From: an uncultured Bacillota bacterium
Lineage (GTDB): Bacteria; Sysuimicrobiota; Sysuimicrobiia; Sysuimicrobiales; Segetimicrobiaceae
Assembly (NCBI GenBank): GCA_963787105.1
Contig: CAWBBU010000013.1
Location: forward strand, 8,994-72,993
DNA: 64,000 nt
Direction: 5' to 3'
This document shows positions 51,249-61,114 of this stretch, piece after piece (the first letter of the stretch is position 1; every line of letters begins with the position of its first letter). Under the pieces are notes generated by a model that was given only the letters and a program-made list of their open reading frames with translations, searched no databases and was not told the DNA's origin. Made by a program: the position numbers and the translations under genes.

Positions 51249-51462
51249 CTACCGGCCCTTCTTGAAGAGAAGGCGCCACGCAGAGTGCCCATCGTCCCGA
51301 ATCACGTCGACGAACTCCCACTCGCCGTTATGGTTCATTGCCTCGCATATCTCCGACAGCCAAAAGGTTCCATCCGTGGTTCCTGACAGACCGGCCTGTC
51401 TCTCCTGCCATTTCTTGCTCAGCGGGCGTGTAGCTAACCTCCGTGTAAATAAAGCGCGCCAT
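51249..51462 (-). CDS. Small DUF4177-like protein, probable frameshift near 51410
   Basis: GGAGG RBS, then MARFIYTEVSY... joining ...CEAMNHNGEWEFVDV...WRLLFKK in another frame. Confidence 0.5.
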
Positions 51463-51635
51463 TGTCGCACCTCCAAGACCTGAATCGATCGTCGATCTTG
51501 ACCGTCGGGAGGTTGCACTCAAACTGCGCGTGTCCGGTGCAGCGCCACGCAGTTCTGTTCTACCGTCACGAGGGTTCGAACCTTGGAATGACGCGGGCTC
51601 TGGCAGTCTCGTCCGGTCTGGTGCAGAAGAGTGTT

Positions 51636-51709
51636 TGGCTGGGGGAGGAGGATTCGAACCCCCGCTAACGGGTCCAGAGCCCGTCGTCCTACCGCTAGAC
51701 GATCCCCCA
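51636..51709 (-). tRNA. tRNA-Gln (anticodon CUG)
   Basis: TGGGGGA acceptor stem, anticodon arm ACGGG-CT-CTG-GA-CCCGT, GTTCGAATC, encoded CCA, 74 nt. Confidence 0.95.
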
Positions 51710-51731
51710 GCGTGGGGCCAACGCCGTAACC

Positions 51732-51761
51732 ATTATACTGAGCGCCGGAGAAACGTGTCAA
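51732..51761 (-). promoter_or_regulatory. Consensus sigma70 promoter of tRNA-Gln
   Basis: TTGACA (51761-56) - 18 bp - TATAAT (51737-32). Confidence 0.85.
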
Positions 51762-51854
51762 ACGGACCCCGCAGAAGACAGTGCGTACGTGCGCGCCAGC
51801 GCTGTGGACGTGCCGCCAGCGCGGTGGAGGCGCGTGACCCCTGACAGCGTTGCG

Positions 51855-52323
51855 CTATCCCGGCGGAGGAGAAGCGGGCGTCAGCCCGTGGCGGCGCATG
51901 ATCTCGATCATCGTTGCCCGATCGGGTGGCCCCCCGGCCGCAGCGGCCATGACCATCGCCATCTCACGAAAGTACTCGGGTCCGAGTATGCCGGGAGTGA
52001 TGACGCAGAGCTGCTTGGCGTCCTCGGCGCCGCGATTGTCGAACCGGTGGACCCCGCCACGGGGAATACACAGCGACTGCCCGGGCGCGACGTCAATCGT
52101 CGCGCCGCCGACCGTCCAGGTTAGGATTCCCGTTCAGGCCGTAGACGGTTTCCTCATATCCGTCGTGACTGCGCGCGGGCGCGGGTAACCGTTGTCCAGC
52201 CGGGACAATCATCTCGAAGATCGCCGCGCTTCCATTCGTATCTGCGCCGGTAAGCAAGAATCGAATCCCGAGCGGGCCGGCCTGGATCATCTCCTCTGCT
52301 CGGTTCACCCGAAGCGACGTCAT
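51855..52323 (-). CDS. Cupin-domain protein, frameshift (extra G) near 52120
   Basis: RSHDGYEETVYGLNG, then ILTWTVGG...VAPGQSLCIPRGGVHRFDN...TPG.LGPEYFRE in the shifted frame. Confidence 0.8.
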
Positions 52324-52479
52324 GCCCCACCCCCTCGTCAGCGCGGCCGCGGAGGCTCGCGACGACGCGCGTAGGCCCCTCTCCGCTCCGATGCGTCATC
52401 CACGGCCTCAACGCGGCGCCTCTCGAGTCGCCCGCGGTCGCGCCGACGACGATGATGGTGACAGAAGAGAAACGGGGAC

Positions 52480-53272
52480 CTAGCGGTCCGCGCCGTCCCG
52501 GATCTCACGCGTCGCAACGATGAAGAGCCTCGGAAACGGCAACAGCACCGTTCCGTCCGCCTGCGCCGGATAGGCCCTCGCGAGAGCCGCTTCGTACTGC
52601 GCGAGGAATGTCTTTCGTTCCACGTCATTCAGCGGCCCAAGAAACGGTCGCAACCCGGTCCCCTTGAACCACTCTACCAGCGCCGCGTGGTTCGCCATCT
52701 GGTGGTAATACGTCGTCCGCCACACGTCGACGCGCCCGCACGTGCGGCGCAGCTGCGCATAAAACCATTCCGCCGGATGGTGTTCCCGGAGGGCCTGCGC
52801 CACCCTGCCAAGCGTGCGATTCCAGTCGGCTGTTTGTGCCAGCGCCCGCATCTCACGATGCGCCGGCTCATCGAGGTTGTCCGGCACCTGGAGCGCCAAG
52901 CTCCCGCCCGATGAGAGCTTGCCCGCTAGCTTCGGCAGGAGCGCCGCATGGTCGGGCAACCACTGCAGCACCGCGTTGGCCAGGATCACGTCAAACGGCC
53001 CCGGGTCGTTCCACTGCGCGATATCGACGACGTCGAAGCGCACCTGCGGCAAGCGCTCACGGGCCGCCGCGATCATCTCCGGCGAGCTCGTCAAGGCCCG
53101 AAATTACGGCGCCCGGATACCGGGCCGCCAGTACCTCGGTCGAGTTCCCGGGCCCGCACCCGAGATCCACCGCGCGACGCACCTCCGTGTCAGGCACGGC
53201 GGACAGGAGGTCGCGGACCGGCCGTGTGCGCTCGGCTTCAAAGGCGACGTACTGGGTCGCGGACCAGGTCAT
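52480..53272 (-). CDS. tam: Trans-aconitate 2-methyltransferase, frameshift near 53090
   Basis: [34 protein letters not shown], (S)[31 protein letters not shown]. Confidence 0.88.
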
Positions 53273-53312
53273 AGGCGATTCAGGCGCCTCGTCAACGTCC
53301 CACGTACCCGGC

Positions 53313-54887
53313 CTACGGCTGATCGCGGCGGGGCGCCGTCCCCGCGGCGTGGGTCGTGGAGAGTCCCGCCGGGGCGGTCTGCGCGGTGTCGACCTGAGGT
53401 TGCGGAAACGGCTCGTGCCGCTCGAGGAGCCCGATCGCCCGGTCAAGCCGAGCCAGCGTGCGGTCGCGGCCGAGCACGTCGACCAGTTCGAACACGCCCG
53501 GCCCGACGGTCTTCCCGGTCAGCGCCACGCGGAGCGGATGGATCACCGCGCCGCTCTTCGCGCCGAGGGTCTCCGCCGCCCCTCGCACCGCGGCCTCGAT
53601 CGCACCGAGATCGAACGTCGCCGCGTCGGCGAGCGTCCGGCGCACGGCCCGAAGAATCTCCAGGGCGCCGGCGGGTACGAGGTACCGCTGCACCGCGGCG
53701 GGATCGTAGTCGATCTCATCCCGGAAGAAGAAGTCCCCGTAGGCGAGCACATCCGCCGGCACGCGAAAGCGCTCGCCCATGATCGCCACCACCCGCGCGA
53801 CATACGCGCGCTGCTCGGGCGTCACGGGCTCCTGGAGGACGTGGACGCGGCAAAGATAGTCGACGACCAGCGACACCACCCGGTCGGGATTCTGCCGGTA
53901 CGCCTGCTGCATGTACACGCCGTTCATCCACATCAGCTTCTGCGTATCGAACACGGCCCCGCTCTTGCCCATCTCCTCGATCCGGAAGCGCTCCACGAGC
54001 TCGGGCACCGTGAACAGTTCGCGGCCGTCCTCGGGGTACCACCCCATGAGGGCGAAAAAGTTGACGAGGGCCTCCGGGAGAATCCCCTGCCCGGCGTACT
54101 CCCGCACCGCGGTATCGCCGTGCCGCTTGCTGAGCTTCTTCCGATCCGCGCCGAGCAGCACCGGGAGATGCGCGACGCGGGGCTGAGTCCAGCCGAACGC
54201 CTCGTACATCAGAAACTGCCGCGGCGTGTTGGACAGATGCTCCGACCCGCGCATGACGTGCGTCATCTCCATCGCGTGGTCGTCGACGACATTGGCGAAG
54301 TTGTACAACGGCGTGCCGTCCGATCGCTCGATGACAAAGTCGTCCAGATCGGCCGGCTGAAACTCGACGCGGCCCAATACCATGTCCTCGACGATGATCG
54401 GCGGGTGCGCCTGCGGCACCTGGAACCGCAGGCTCGACCGGCGTCCCTCGGCCTCGAATCGTGCGCGGGTGTCGGGGTCGAGTTCGCGGCATCGGCCGGA
54501 GTAGCGGTACGGCCGGTGCTCGGCCGCCGCGCGTGTGCGTTCCACCTCGAGCTCCTCCGGCGTGCAGTAGCACTTGTACGCCGCCCTCGACGCGAGCAGG
54601 ACCGACGCCGCCTGCCGGTAGCCCTCGCTCCGCTCCGTCTGGCGGTACGGGCCGTAGGGGCCCCCCACGTCGGGCCCTTCGTCCCAATCCAACCCGAGCC
54701 AGCGGAGGTCAGCGAGAATGGCGGCTTCGAACACTTCGGTCGAGCGGGTCCGGTCGGTGTCCTCGACGCGCACGACGAACTGACCCCGCTCGTGGCGGGT
54801 GAATAACCAGTTGAAAAATGCCATCCACGCCCCGCCGACGTGCAGATTGCCCGTCGGGCTCGGCGCGTAGCGGGTCCGCACGGTCAC
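53313..54887 (-). CDS. gltX: Glutamate--tRNA ligase
   Basis: [14 protein letters not shown] (HIGH), [33 protein letters not shown] (KMSKS). Confidence 0.95.
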   Translation of the reverse strand: MTVRTRYAPSPTGNLHVGGAWMAFFNWLFTRHERGQFVVRVEDTDRTRSTEVFEAAILADLRWLGLDWDEGPDVGGPYGPYRQTERSEGYRQAASVLLASRAAYKCYCTPEELEVERTRAAAEHRPYRYSGRCRELDPDTRARFEAEGRRSSLRFQVPQAHPPIIVEDMVLGRVEFQPADLDDFVIERSDGTPLYNFANVVDDHAMEMTHVMRGSEHLSNTPRQFLMYEAFGWTQPRVAHLPVLLGADRKKLSKRHGDTAVREYAGQGILPEALVNFFALMGWYPEDGRELFTVPELVERFRIEEMGKSGAVFDTQKLMWMNGVYMQQAYRQNPDRVVSLVVDYLCRVHVLQEPVTPEQRAYVARVVAIMGERFRVPADVLAYGDFFFRDEIDYDPAAVQRYLVPAGALEILRAVRRTLADAATFDLGAIEAAVRGAAETLGAKSGAVIHPLRVALTGKTVGPGVFELVDVLGRDRTLARLDRAIGLLERHEPFPQPQVDTAQTAPAGLSTTHAAGTAPRRDQP

Positions 54888-54893
54888 ACGTTC

Positions 54894-54923
54894 AGCGTAA
54901 CACAGTGCGCCGCGGACGCGCAA
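54894..54923 (-). promoter_or_regulatory. Candidate promoter giving a leaderless gltX mRNA
   Basis: TTGCGC - 18 bp - TACGCT with an extended TG, ending 6 nt before GTG 54887. No SD sequence. Confidence 0.45.
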
Positions 54924-55061
54924 ACCGCGGCGCGGTGCTCCATGCTGGCGATGGACGCGCGCGACGGGGATGGGCACAGACCGCGCCGGCAAGGGGCATG
55001 CGCGGAACACTCGGCGGAACACGCCCGGCGCGGGACGACGTCGGGCTGAGCGGACGGGCGG

Positions 55062-55997
55062 TCAGCCGAACAGCGTGCTGACCGATTCGTTGAGGTGCAC
55101 GTTGCGCATCGCGCGCGCAAGGAGCGGCGCGCACGACAGCACCGTGACCTGATCGCGGCACTTCTCCGGGGGAATCGGAATGCTGTTGGTCAGCAGGATC
55201 TCGCGGACGTCGTCTCTCGACAGCGCGTCGACGGTGCCCTCCACCAACACGCCGTGCGTGGCGCAGACGAACGCCTCCGGACGCGCCCCCTGCTCCCGGA
55301 TGGCGTCAAGCGCCGAACACATCCGGTCCGGCGTGTCCACGATGCGATCGATCAAGACCGGCACTCGGCCCTCGACCTCGCCGACGACCTGCGTGAGCAT
55401 GCCCCCGCCGTACGGCTGCGCCCGCTTAAACACGACGGCGAGCGGCAGATGCAGGCGCTCGGCGAGCTGGTAGGCGGGCTTGACCGCGCCGTCGTCGGGA
55501 GCCACGACCACGGCCTGGGTGAGATCCTTCCCCGCGAGGTACTCCGCAAACAGCGACAAGGCCCGCAGATGGTCCACCGGGATCTGAAAGAAGCCCTCGA
55601 TCTGGTCCGCGTCGAGGTCCAGCGCCAGCACGCGGTGCACCCCGGCGGCCTGCAGCAGGTCGGCCACGAGCCGCCCGGTGATCGGCGCGCGCGGCGAGTG
55701 CTTCTTGTCCTGGCGCGCGTACCCGTAGTACGGCATCACCGCGGTAATCCGCCCCGCGGACGCCCGGCTGAGCGCGTCCACCATCACCAGGAGCTCCATG
55801 AGGTTTTCGTTGACCGGCGGGCACGTCGGCTGGATGATGAACGCGTCCACCCCGCGCACGCTTTCCTCGAACCGGGCGTAGATCTCGCCGTCCTCGAACC
55901 GCCGGATCGTCACGCGGCCCAACGGGAAACCGAGCTCCGCGGCCACTTCCTCGCCGAGCGCCCGATTCGCGGTGCCGCAGAACACCTTCATCTCCAT
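55062..55997 (-). CDS. prs: Ribose-phosphate pyrophosphokinase homologue with degenerate catalytic motifs
   Basis: FEDGEI, NENLMELL, MPYYGYARQD, ATHGVL. However, it has DLDADQIEGFF and DRIVDTPDRM in place of DLHA.QIQGFF and DDMIDTGGT. Confidence 0.8.
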   Translation of the reverse strand: MEMKVFCGTANRALGEEVAAELGFPLGRVTIRRFEDGEIYARFEESVRGVDAFIIQPTCPPVNENLMELLVMVDALSRASAGRITAVMPYYGYARQDKKHSPRAPITGRLVADLLQAAGVHRVLALDLDADQIEGFFQIPVDHLRALSLFAEYLAGKDLTQAVVVAPDDGAVKPAYQLAERLHLPLAVVFKRAQPYGGGMLTQVVGEVEGRVPVLIDRIVDTPDRMCSALDAIREQGARPEAFVCATHGVLVEGTVDALSRDDVREILLTNSIPIPPEKCRDQVTVLSCAPLLARAMRNVHLNESVSTLFG

Positions 55998-56049
55998 CTC
56001 AGATACGAACTGGTCCAGGTGCCGGCTGTCCCCGTGACGCGGACTCAGC

Positions 56050-56314
56050 CTAGCGGGCTTGGACCAGGAAGCGGATGGCAGTCCGCTCTTCTCCGTCAAT
56101 CTGCACCTTCGTGAACGCTGGGATGGCGATCAGATCGATGCCGTTCGGCGCGACAAACCCTCGGGTAATCGCGATCGCCTTCACCGCCTGATTCACCGCG
56201 CCGGCGCCGATGGCCTGAAGCTCGGCGCTTCCCTGTTGCCCGGAGCACAGCGGCGAGCGCACCCGCGACGGCCTTGGGCTTCGAGTCGGAGGAAACTTTC
56301 AGGACCTCCGCCAT
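56050..56314 (-). CDS. spoVS: Stage V sporulation protein S homologue, frameshift (extra G) near 56245
   Basis: VLKVSSDSKPKAVAGALAAVLR + QGSAELQAIGAGAVNQAVKAIAITRGFVAPNGIDL...PAF...IDGEERTAIRF. Confidence 0.88.
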
Positions 56315-56402
56315 GCATAGCGTGGCTCCTTCGTCCGCTGCCCGGGCGATCGCTCGGGCGCCTATTCCATGGGTTCCGAAGGAACTCCTGCCCATACGAC
56401 GG

Positions 56403-57170
56403 TCACCACGGCGGGGTCATCGCGACTGACGCGGCCGCGCGCGCGTCCGCAACCGCTGAGCCGTAGATCACCGCCATGAAGTGCGGGATCGCGAGCTGCC
56501 GCCCGAGCCGCCGCGGCTCTCGCGTCAGCCGATAGCACCACTCGAGCCCCAGCGTCTGCCAGATCCGAGGCGCGCGGCGGGCGCGCCCGGTCCAGACATC
56601 CATCGCCCCGCCGATGCCCATCGCCACCGGGACGCCGAGCGCCGCCAGATGGCGGGCCAGCCATCGCTCCTGGCGGGGCGCGCCAAGTCCGACGAACAGG
56701 AGCGTGGGGGCGGCCTCACGCACGGCACGCACCACGTCGGCCTCGGTCCCGGGAGCAAAGTAGCCGTCGGATGCCCCGACGATCACGAGCCCCGGAAAGC
56801 GCTCGCGCAGCCGCTCCGCGGCACCGGCCGCGACCCCCGGGCGTCCGCCGAGCAGGTAGACGCGCCAGCCGCGCCGGGCCGCCTCCGCGCACAGCCGTTC
56901 GGCGAGGTCGATGCCGGGCACGCGGCCGGGCAGCGCGCGCCCCAGCGTCCGCGATCCCCAGACGACGCCGACGCCGTCCGCGACCACCAGCGCCGCGCTG
57001 CGCAAGATCTCCCGCACCTCGGGCGTTCGCCGCGCCAGCATCACCATCTCGACGTTCGCGGTCACGACCAGATGGGGGTCGCCTCCCCCGGCGAACGCGA
57101 TGATCTGTTCCACGGCCGCGTCGGGCCCGACGGGGTCGAACGCGACGCCAAGGATGTCGATCCGGGTCAC
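56403..57170 (-). CDS. WecB/TagA/CpsF family glycosyltransferase
   Basis: VVTANVE, VADGVGV, RVPGIDL, GYF, LFVGLGAPRQE, GIGGAMD, LGLEWCYRL..EP.RL.R. Confidence 0.9.
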   Translation of the reverse strand: MTRIDILGVAFDPVGPDAAVEQIIAFAGGGDPHLVVTANVEMVMLARRTPEVREILRSAALVVADGVGVVWGSRTLGRALPGRVPGIDLAERLCAEAARRGWRVYLLGGRPGVAAGAAERLRERFPGLVIVGASDGYFAPGTEADVVRAVREAAPTLLFVGLGAPRQERWLARHLAALGVPVAMGIGGAMDVWTGRARRAPRIWQTLGLEWCYRLTREPRRLGRQLAIPHFMAVIYGSAVADARAAASVAMTPPW

Positions 57171-58256
57171 GGCAGCAGCTCGACCGCGAGGGAGGTCGCG
57201 AGCAACGCGCGCTCGCGGAGCGGCGGGACCGCCGCGAGGAGGCGGGCCCGCGCCGCGGTCCCGTCCGCGGCCGCCTCGATCGCGGCGAGGAGCTCCGGCG
57301 CGCGGACGGACTCGATCTCCGCCGGCACCGGTTCACCGAGCTCGCTGGCGAGCGCCCGGACCTTCGGGTCGTACGCCAGCGGCACGATCGGGACGCCCTG
57401 CGCGGCGGCGAACAATGAGCGCGTGCAGCCGCATACCGACCATCAGGTCGACGGACCCGATCAGCGCGAGGATCTCGCGCGGCCCAAACCCGGGGCGCAC
57501 GACCACGGCCCCGTGGCCGATCTCCGCGGCCACCGCCTCCGCTACGGCAAGATCCCCCGGGGGGTGCATCGGAAAGAGCGCCCACTGGACCCCGAGCGTG
57601 GCGGACGCGGCGCGCGCGGCATCCGCCGCGGCCCACACCGCCGCCCCCGATCCCCACGGGCGCAGCGCCAGACCGCACCACCGCCCGCCGCCCCAGCGGG
57701 CGCGCTCCGCCTCCGCTCCCGGAGACCATTCGGGCGCCAGGAGCCACGAGGGGTCCGCCGCGACGACGATGCGAGGCCGCCGCACACCGAGGTCCGCGAG
57801 GACCGCGCGCGACTTGTGGTCCCGCACCGTGATCAGGTCGACCCGATCGAGCACCCGCGCGATGCCCGCCGCCACCACGCGCCGTCTCGGCGGCTCGAAC
57901 CCCTGCGCGTGCACGGCGGTCCTGCGCGCAAGCCGCCGTCCGGCACCCAGCACGGCCAGATAGTACCAGGGACTCCGCCAGCTCGTGGCGTCTTGAAAGA
58001 GACTCCCGCCGCCGCACAAGAGCAGGTCCGTGCCGCGGAGCGCCTTGACGACGGCGCCCGGGGCGGCACGGGGCACGCTCTCAACGCCTCGGACGCGGCG
58101 CGTCTCGTCGGGTGACGCAGAGAGTACGGTGATCGCCGCATCCGGACGCAGGCGGCGCAGTTCCTGCACCGTCGCCGCCAGCACCGCTTCGTCTCCGAGG
58201 TTGTGAAACCCGTAGTAGCCGGACAGGACGACCCGGCTCACGAGTGGGTGGCTCAT
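57167..58256 (-). CDS. csaB: Polysaccharide pyruvyl transferase CsaB, frameshift near 57414
   Basis: LSGYYGFHNLGDEA, GGGSLFQDATS.RS..YY, VRDHKS, GMRLHAL, LAYDPKV. ATGA overlap with DUF5693. Confidence 0.88.
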
Positions 58257-60343
58257 GCCATCGGGGACGCCCCGGGAGAACCGCGCGCCGGGCGCGACGC
58301 GCGTCCGGGAGGTCCCCACCACCGACGGCTCCAGCACACGAGGCCGACCAGCACCGCCCCCACCACCGACCCGATCACGAGCGCGTACAGCGTGCGCGCG
58401 ATCGCATAGTAGAGCGGCGTATGAATGTGCGAGAACGAGTTCACGAGCCCGACCTGCCCGATCGCGCCGATCATCGCGGCCGGCAGGACCCACTGGCGGA
58501 GGCCAAGCGCGGCCAGCGCAAACGCGAGCACCAAGAACGGATCGCCGACGAGGAACTCCTTCGTCCGGGGCCGCGCGACGAACACGCGCTCCAGCACGAC
58601 GCGGCTCTTCAGCTCGAGGCCCCCAAGCAGCGGCAGCCCCGAGTTCCCGGTGCGCCCGAGCGCGAAGACGGCCGCGGTGGCGATCACGATGATCGCGATG
58701 CCGTACTCGAGCAGGAGCGGCTGGCGCGACCACTCGCGCAGCCGCCGCCAGAGCCCGCCCGGAGGCGCCGCCGCCGCCGCGAGCAGCAGGCCGATCACGA
58801 CCACCGGGATGATGAGTGCCAGCTTCACCCCGAGAAACTCGCGGATCTCCATCATGAACTCCCACTCGCTGAGCAGCGCCGCCATGACGACCGCCCCAAG
58901 CGCGGACACCGCCGACACCGCCCACAATCCCACGATCCCGGTGATCGTCGCCTGGAGCCCCGACACGGTCCGGGGATCCGCCGCCGGTGCGGCGTCGTCG
59001 CGCCGGAGCCCGCCGGGGATCAAGTACATCATCGCCAGGATGGGAAACGCGAGCGCGGCCAGCAACGCGAGCCCTTGGCGCCAAAGGGTGACGTGATGCA
59101 CCGCCAGCACGGCCACCGTCGCGAGGAGGCCGAGCGCGACGCCGATGTGGAGCGTGCGGACGGAGACCGGGCGCGACAGCGCCGCGGAGACGTCCCCCAC
59201 GGCGATCGCGGCCGCCGCGAGGGTGCCAAGGGCCGCGAGACCGAACAGCGGGGCGGGCGTGCTCAGCACCGGCATCGGCACCGCCTTATCGAGCTTGTAC
59301 CCGGCGCGCGTCAGCTCGTCGCTGATCGACGCCACATAGTCCAGGTTCGTCTGCATCTCGCCGACGCCGGCCGTGGTCGTGAGAAACGGCCGGACGTACA
59401 AGATGCGGTCGTTCCGCTCGCTCGCCGCCAGCACGAACTTGTCGCGCGCGTCATCGGGACTGGATCCCGCGAGCTCATCCGGCGCCATACTGAACACCCG
59501 GATGACGTCGGGGGTCACCGCCATGGTCAGCGCGTCCTCGCCCTTCTGCTTGCGCTTGGCGGTGAATACCTCGATGCGCCCGAACGCGAACCCGGACGCC
59601 TTCATCTCCGCCGCCACGTCCGGGATCAACGTGTCGTAGCCGAGCACCTGGTCCCGGTCGAAGATCAACGTGAACGGCGCGCCGACCTCGCGCAGCTGGG
59701 CGAAGAACGCGTCAAGCCCGCCCGGCGCGACGTCGTGGAAATTGATGACGCGCAGCTCCGCGGCCAAATGGTTCGCGTGCAGCTGCGCGACGCTGTCGGG
59801 CATGACCCCGAGCGACGCGTCCTCAAGCTCGCGCCCCCGCGCGGCGATCTCGAGCACGGGACCGCTGCCGCTGCGCATCGTCGAGGACGCGGCGCCGAGC
59901 TGCTCCGCGAATCCCCGCTGCACGAGGCTCAGCACCGCGGGCGGCCCGAGCACGTACGTGCTGTCGGGGCGAATGCGCCCCTCCCGGGCCATATCCGCGA
60001 GCGGCCCGCCGAGCGCGCCGGTGCGCTCCGCGTTCAGGACGTCGGCGCCCGTCATGAACGCGAGCCGGCCGTCCTCGGAGAGGCGCGTGAGCGACGCCGC
60101 GTAGAGGGTCACGCTGCGGACGCCGCGCTCGTAGAGCGCGCGGTACAGGGTGTCGCGGTCCACGCCGTCCCGGCGGGCGAGCGTCGTCCAGTCGTCGCCG
60201 TCGGCGGTGATTTCCACGGTATGGTACGCCCGCTCGAGCGAGTACCGGTGCGCCAAAATCACGAACGACGCGAGGACGCCGATCACCGCGCACGCCGTGA
60301 GCGCCGGGTAGCGCCGGAAGAGCGTCCGCACCATCGCCCTCAT
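58253..60343 (-). CDS. DUF5693-family membrane protein
   Basis: RYSLERAYHTVEITAD, GRIEVF...QKG, LAASERNDRILYVRPF, REFLGVKLA, RTGNSG, RPRTKEFLVGDP, NSFSHIHTP. Confidence 0.8.
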   Translation of the reverse strand: MRAMVRTLFRRYPALTACAVIGVLASFVILAHRYSLERAYHTVEITADGDDWTTLARRDGVDRDTLYRALYERGVRSVTLYAASLTRLSEDGRLAFMTGADVLNAERTGALGGPLADMAREGRIRPDSTYVLGPPAVLSLVQRGFAEQLGAASSTMRSGSGPVLEIAARGRELEDASLGVMPDSVAQLHANHLAAELRVINFHDVAPGGLDAFFAQLREVGAPFTLIFDRDQVLGYDTLIPDVAAEMKASGFAFGRIEVFTAKRKQKGEDALTMAVTPDVIRVFSMAPDELAGSSPDDARDKFVLAASERNDRILYVRPFLTTTAGVGEMQTNLDYVASISDELTRAGYKLDKAVPMPVLSTPAPLFGLAALGTLAAAAIAVGDVSAALSRPVSVRTLHIGVALGLLATVAVLAVHHVTLWRQGLALLAALAFPILAMMYLIPGGLRRDDAAPAADPRTVSGLQATITGIVGLWAVSAVSALGAVVMAALLSEWEFMMEIREFLGVKLALIIPVVVIGLLLAAAAAPPGGLWRRLREWSRQPLLLEYGIAIIVIATAAVFALGRTGNSGLPLLGGLELKSRVVLERVFVARPRTKEFLVGDPFLVLAFALAALGLRQWVLPAAMIGAIGQVGLVNSFSHIHTPLYYAIARTLYALVIGSVVGAVLVGLVCWSRRWWGPPGRASRPARGSPGASPMA

Positions 60344-60364
60344 CGCGTCACCCGCTCCATCCAC

Positions 60365-61112
60365 TTACTGCGCGCCCGCCGCCGCATCGAGGACCACCTC
60401 TCCGTTCGTGACCCGCACCGCGGCGAGCCGCAGCCCGAACGGCAGCGCGCCGATATCCAGCACGGGGTTCACCGCCGCGGTCACCCGCGCCGCCACCGCA
60501 TCGGGGAGCGGCACGCCGGCGACCGCGATGCGGTCAAACACGCAGATCCACCGCCGTCCCGCCGCGCAGCGCCAGGCGTCCGTCGCCGACGACCGCGAGA
60601 GACGCCCCGAACAACGACGCCGTGGCCGCAAGCCGCACCCGTCCGTTTGCGAGCACCACCGCGACGTTTCGCAGGGACGGGATGCCCGCGAGCGCCTGCG
60701 CGAGGGCGTCCTGCCGGACCGTGATCTCGGCCACCGCGTGCCCGAGCGCACGGATCACGAGGCGGCGCTGAACGTACAGGGCCGCGGGATCCAATCGGAT
60801 GTTCTGGAAGGTCGCATCGAACGTCTCGGTCCGCACCGTCCCGACGCGCAGCCCGACGGCGTGCACGCGCAGGAGATCGACGCGCCCCCACCACAGCGCG
60901 GGCGGCGGCCACGTCGCGACGCTGACCTGCACGGGCCCGCCCGCGACGTCGCCCGCGATCGCGGTGTTCAGCGCGGACGCCGCGACCCACGGGCCGGTCA
61001 CGCTCGCCAGCACGGCGACGAGCAGCAGGCCGACCGCGCCCCACCACGCGGCGCCGACCGCGCTGCGCCGCACGAGCGCGCGCGTCGACACGTCAGAAGC
61101 GCCGGCGGACAC
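60365..61112 (-). CDS. DUF2993 / LmeA-like protein, frameshift near 60537
   Basis: N-terminal TM helix; WWGRVD...L, NPVLDIGALPFGLRLAAVRVTNGEVVL. Confidence 0.7.
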
Positions 61113-61114
61113 GG

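Noticed and set aside
54888-55061. T-box riboswitch upstream of gltX
   Set aside because: There is no T-box consensus (AAGGGTGGxACC) and no terminator, and the region instead fits a promoter adjacent to the start codon.
5509-60724. Very long antisense or alternative-frame ORFs (for example 5509-8484, 24501-27029, 31948-34080, 43211-45544, 58244-60724)
   Set aside because: They lie opposite well-supported genes, have no motifs and show Arg/Gly/Pro-biased composition. Such ORFs are expected at 70% GC, where stop codons are rare.
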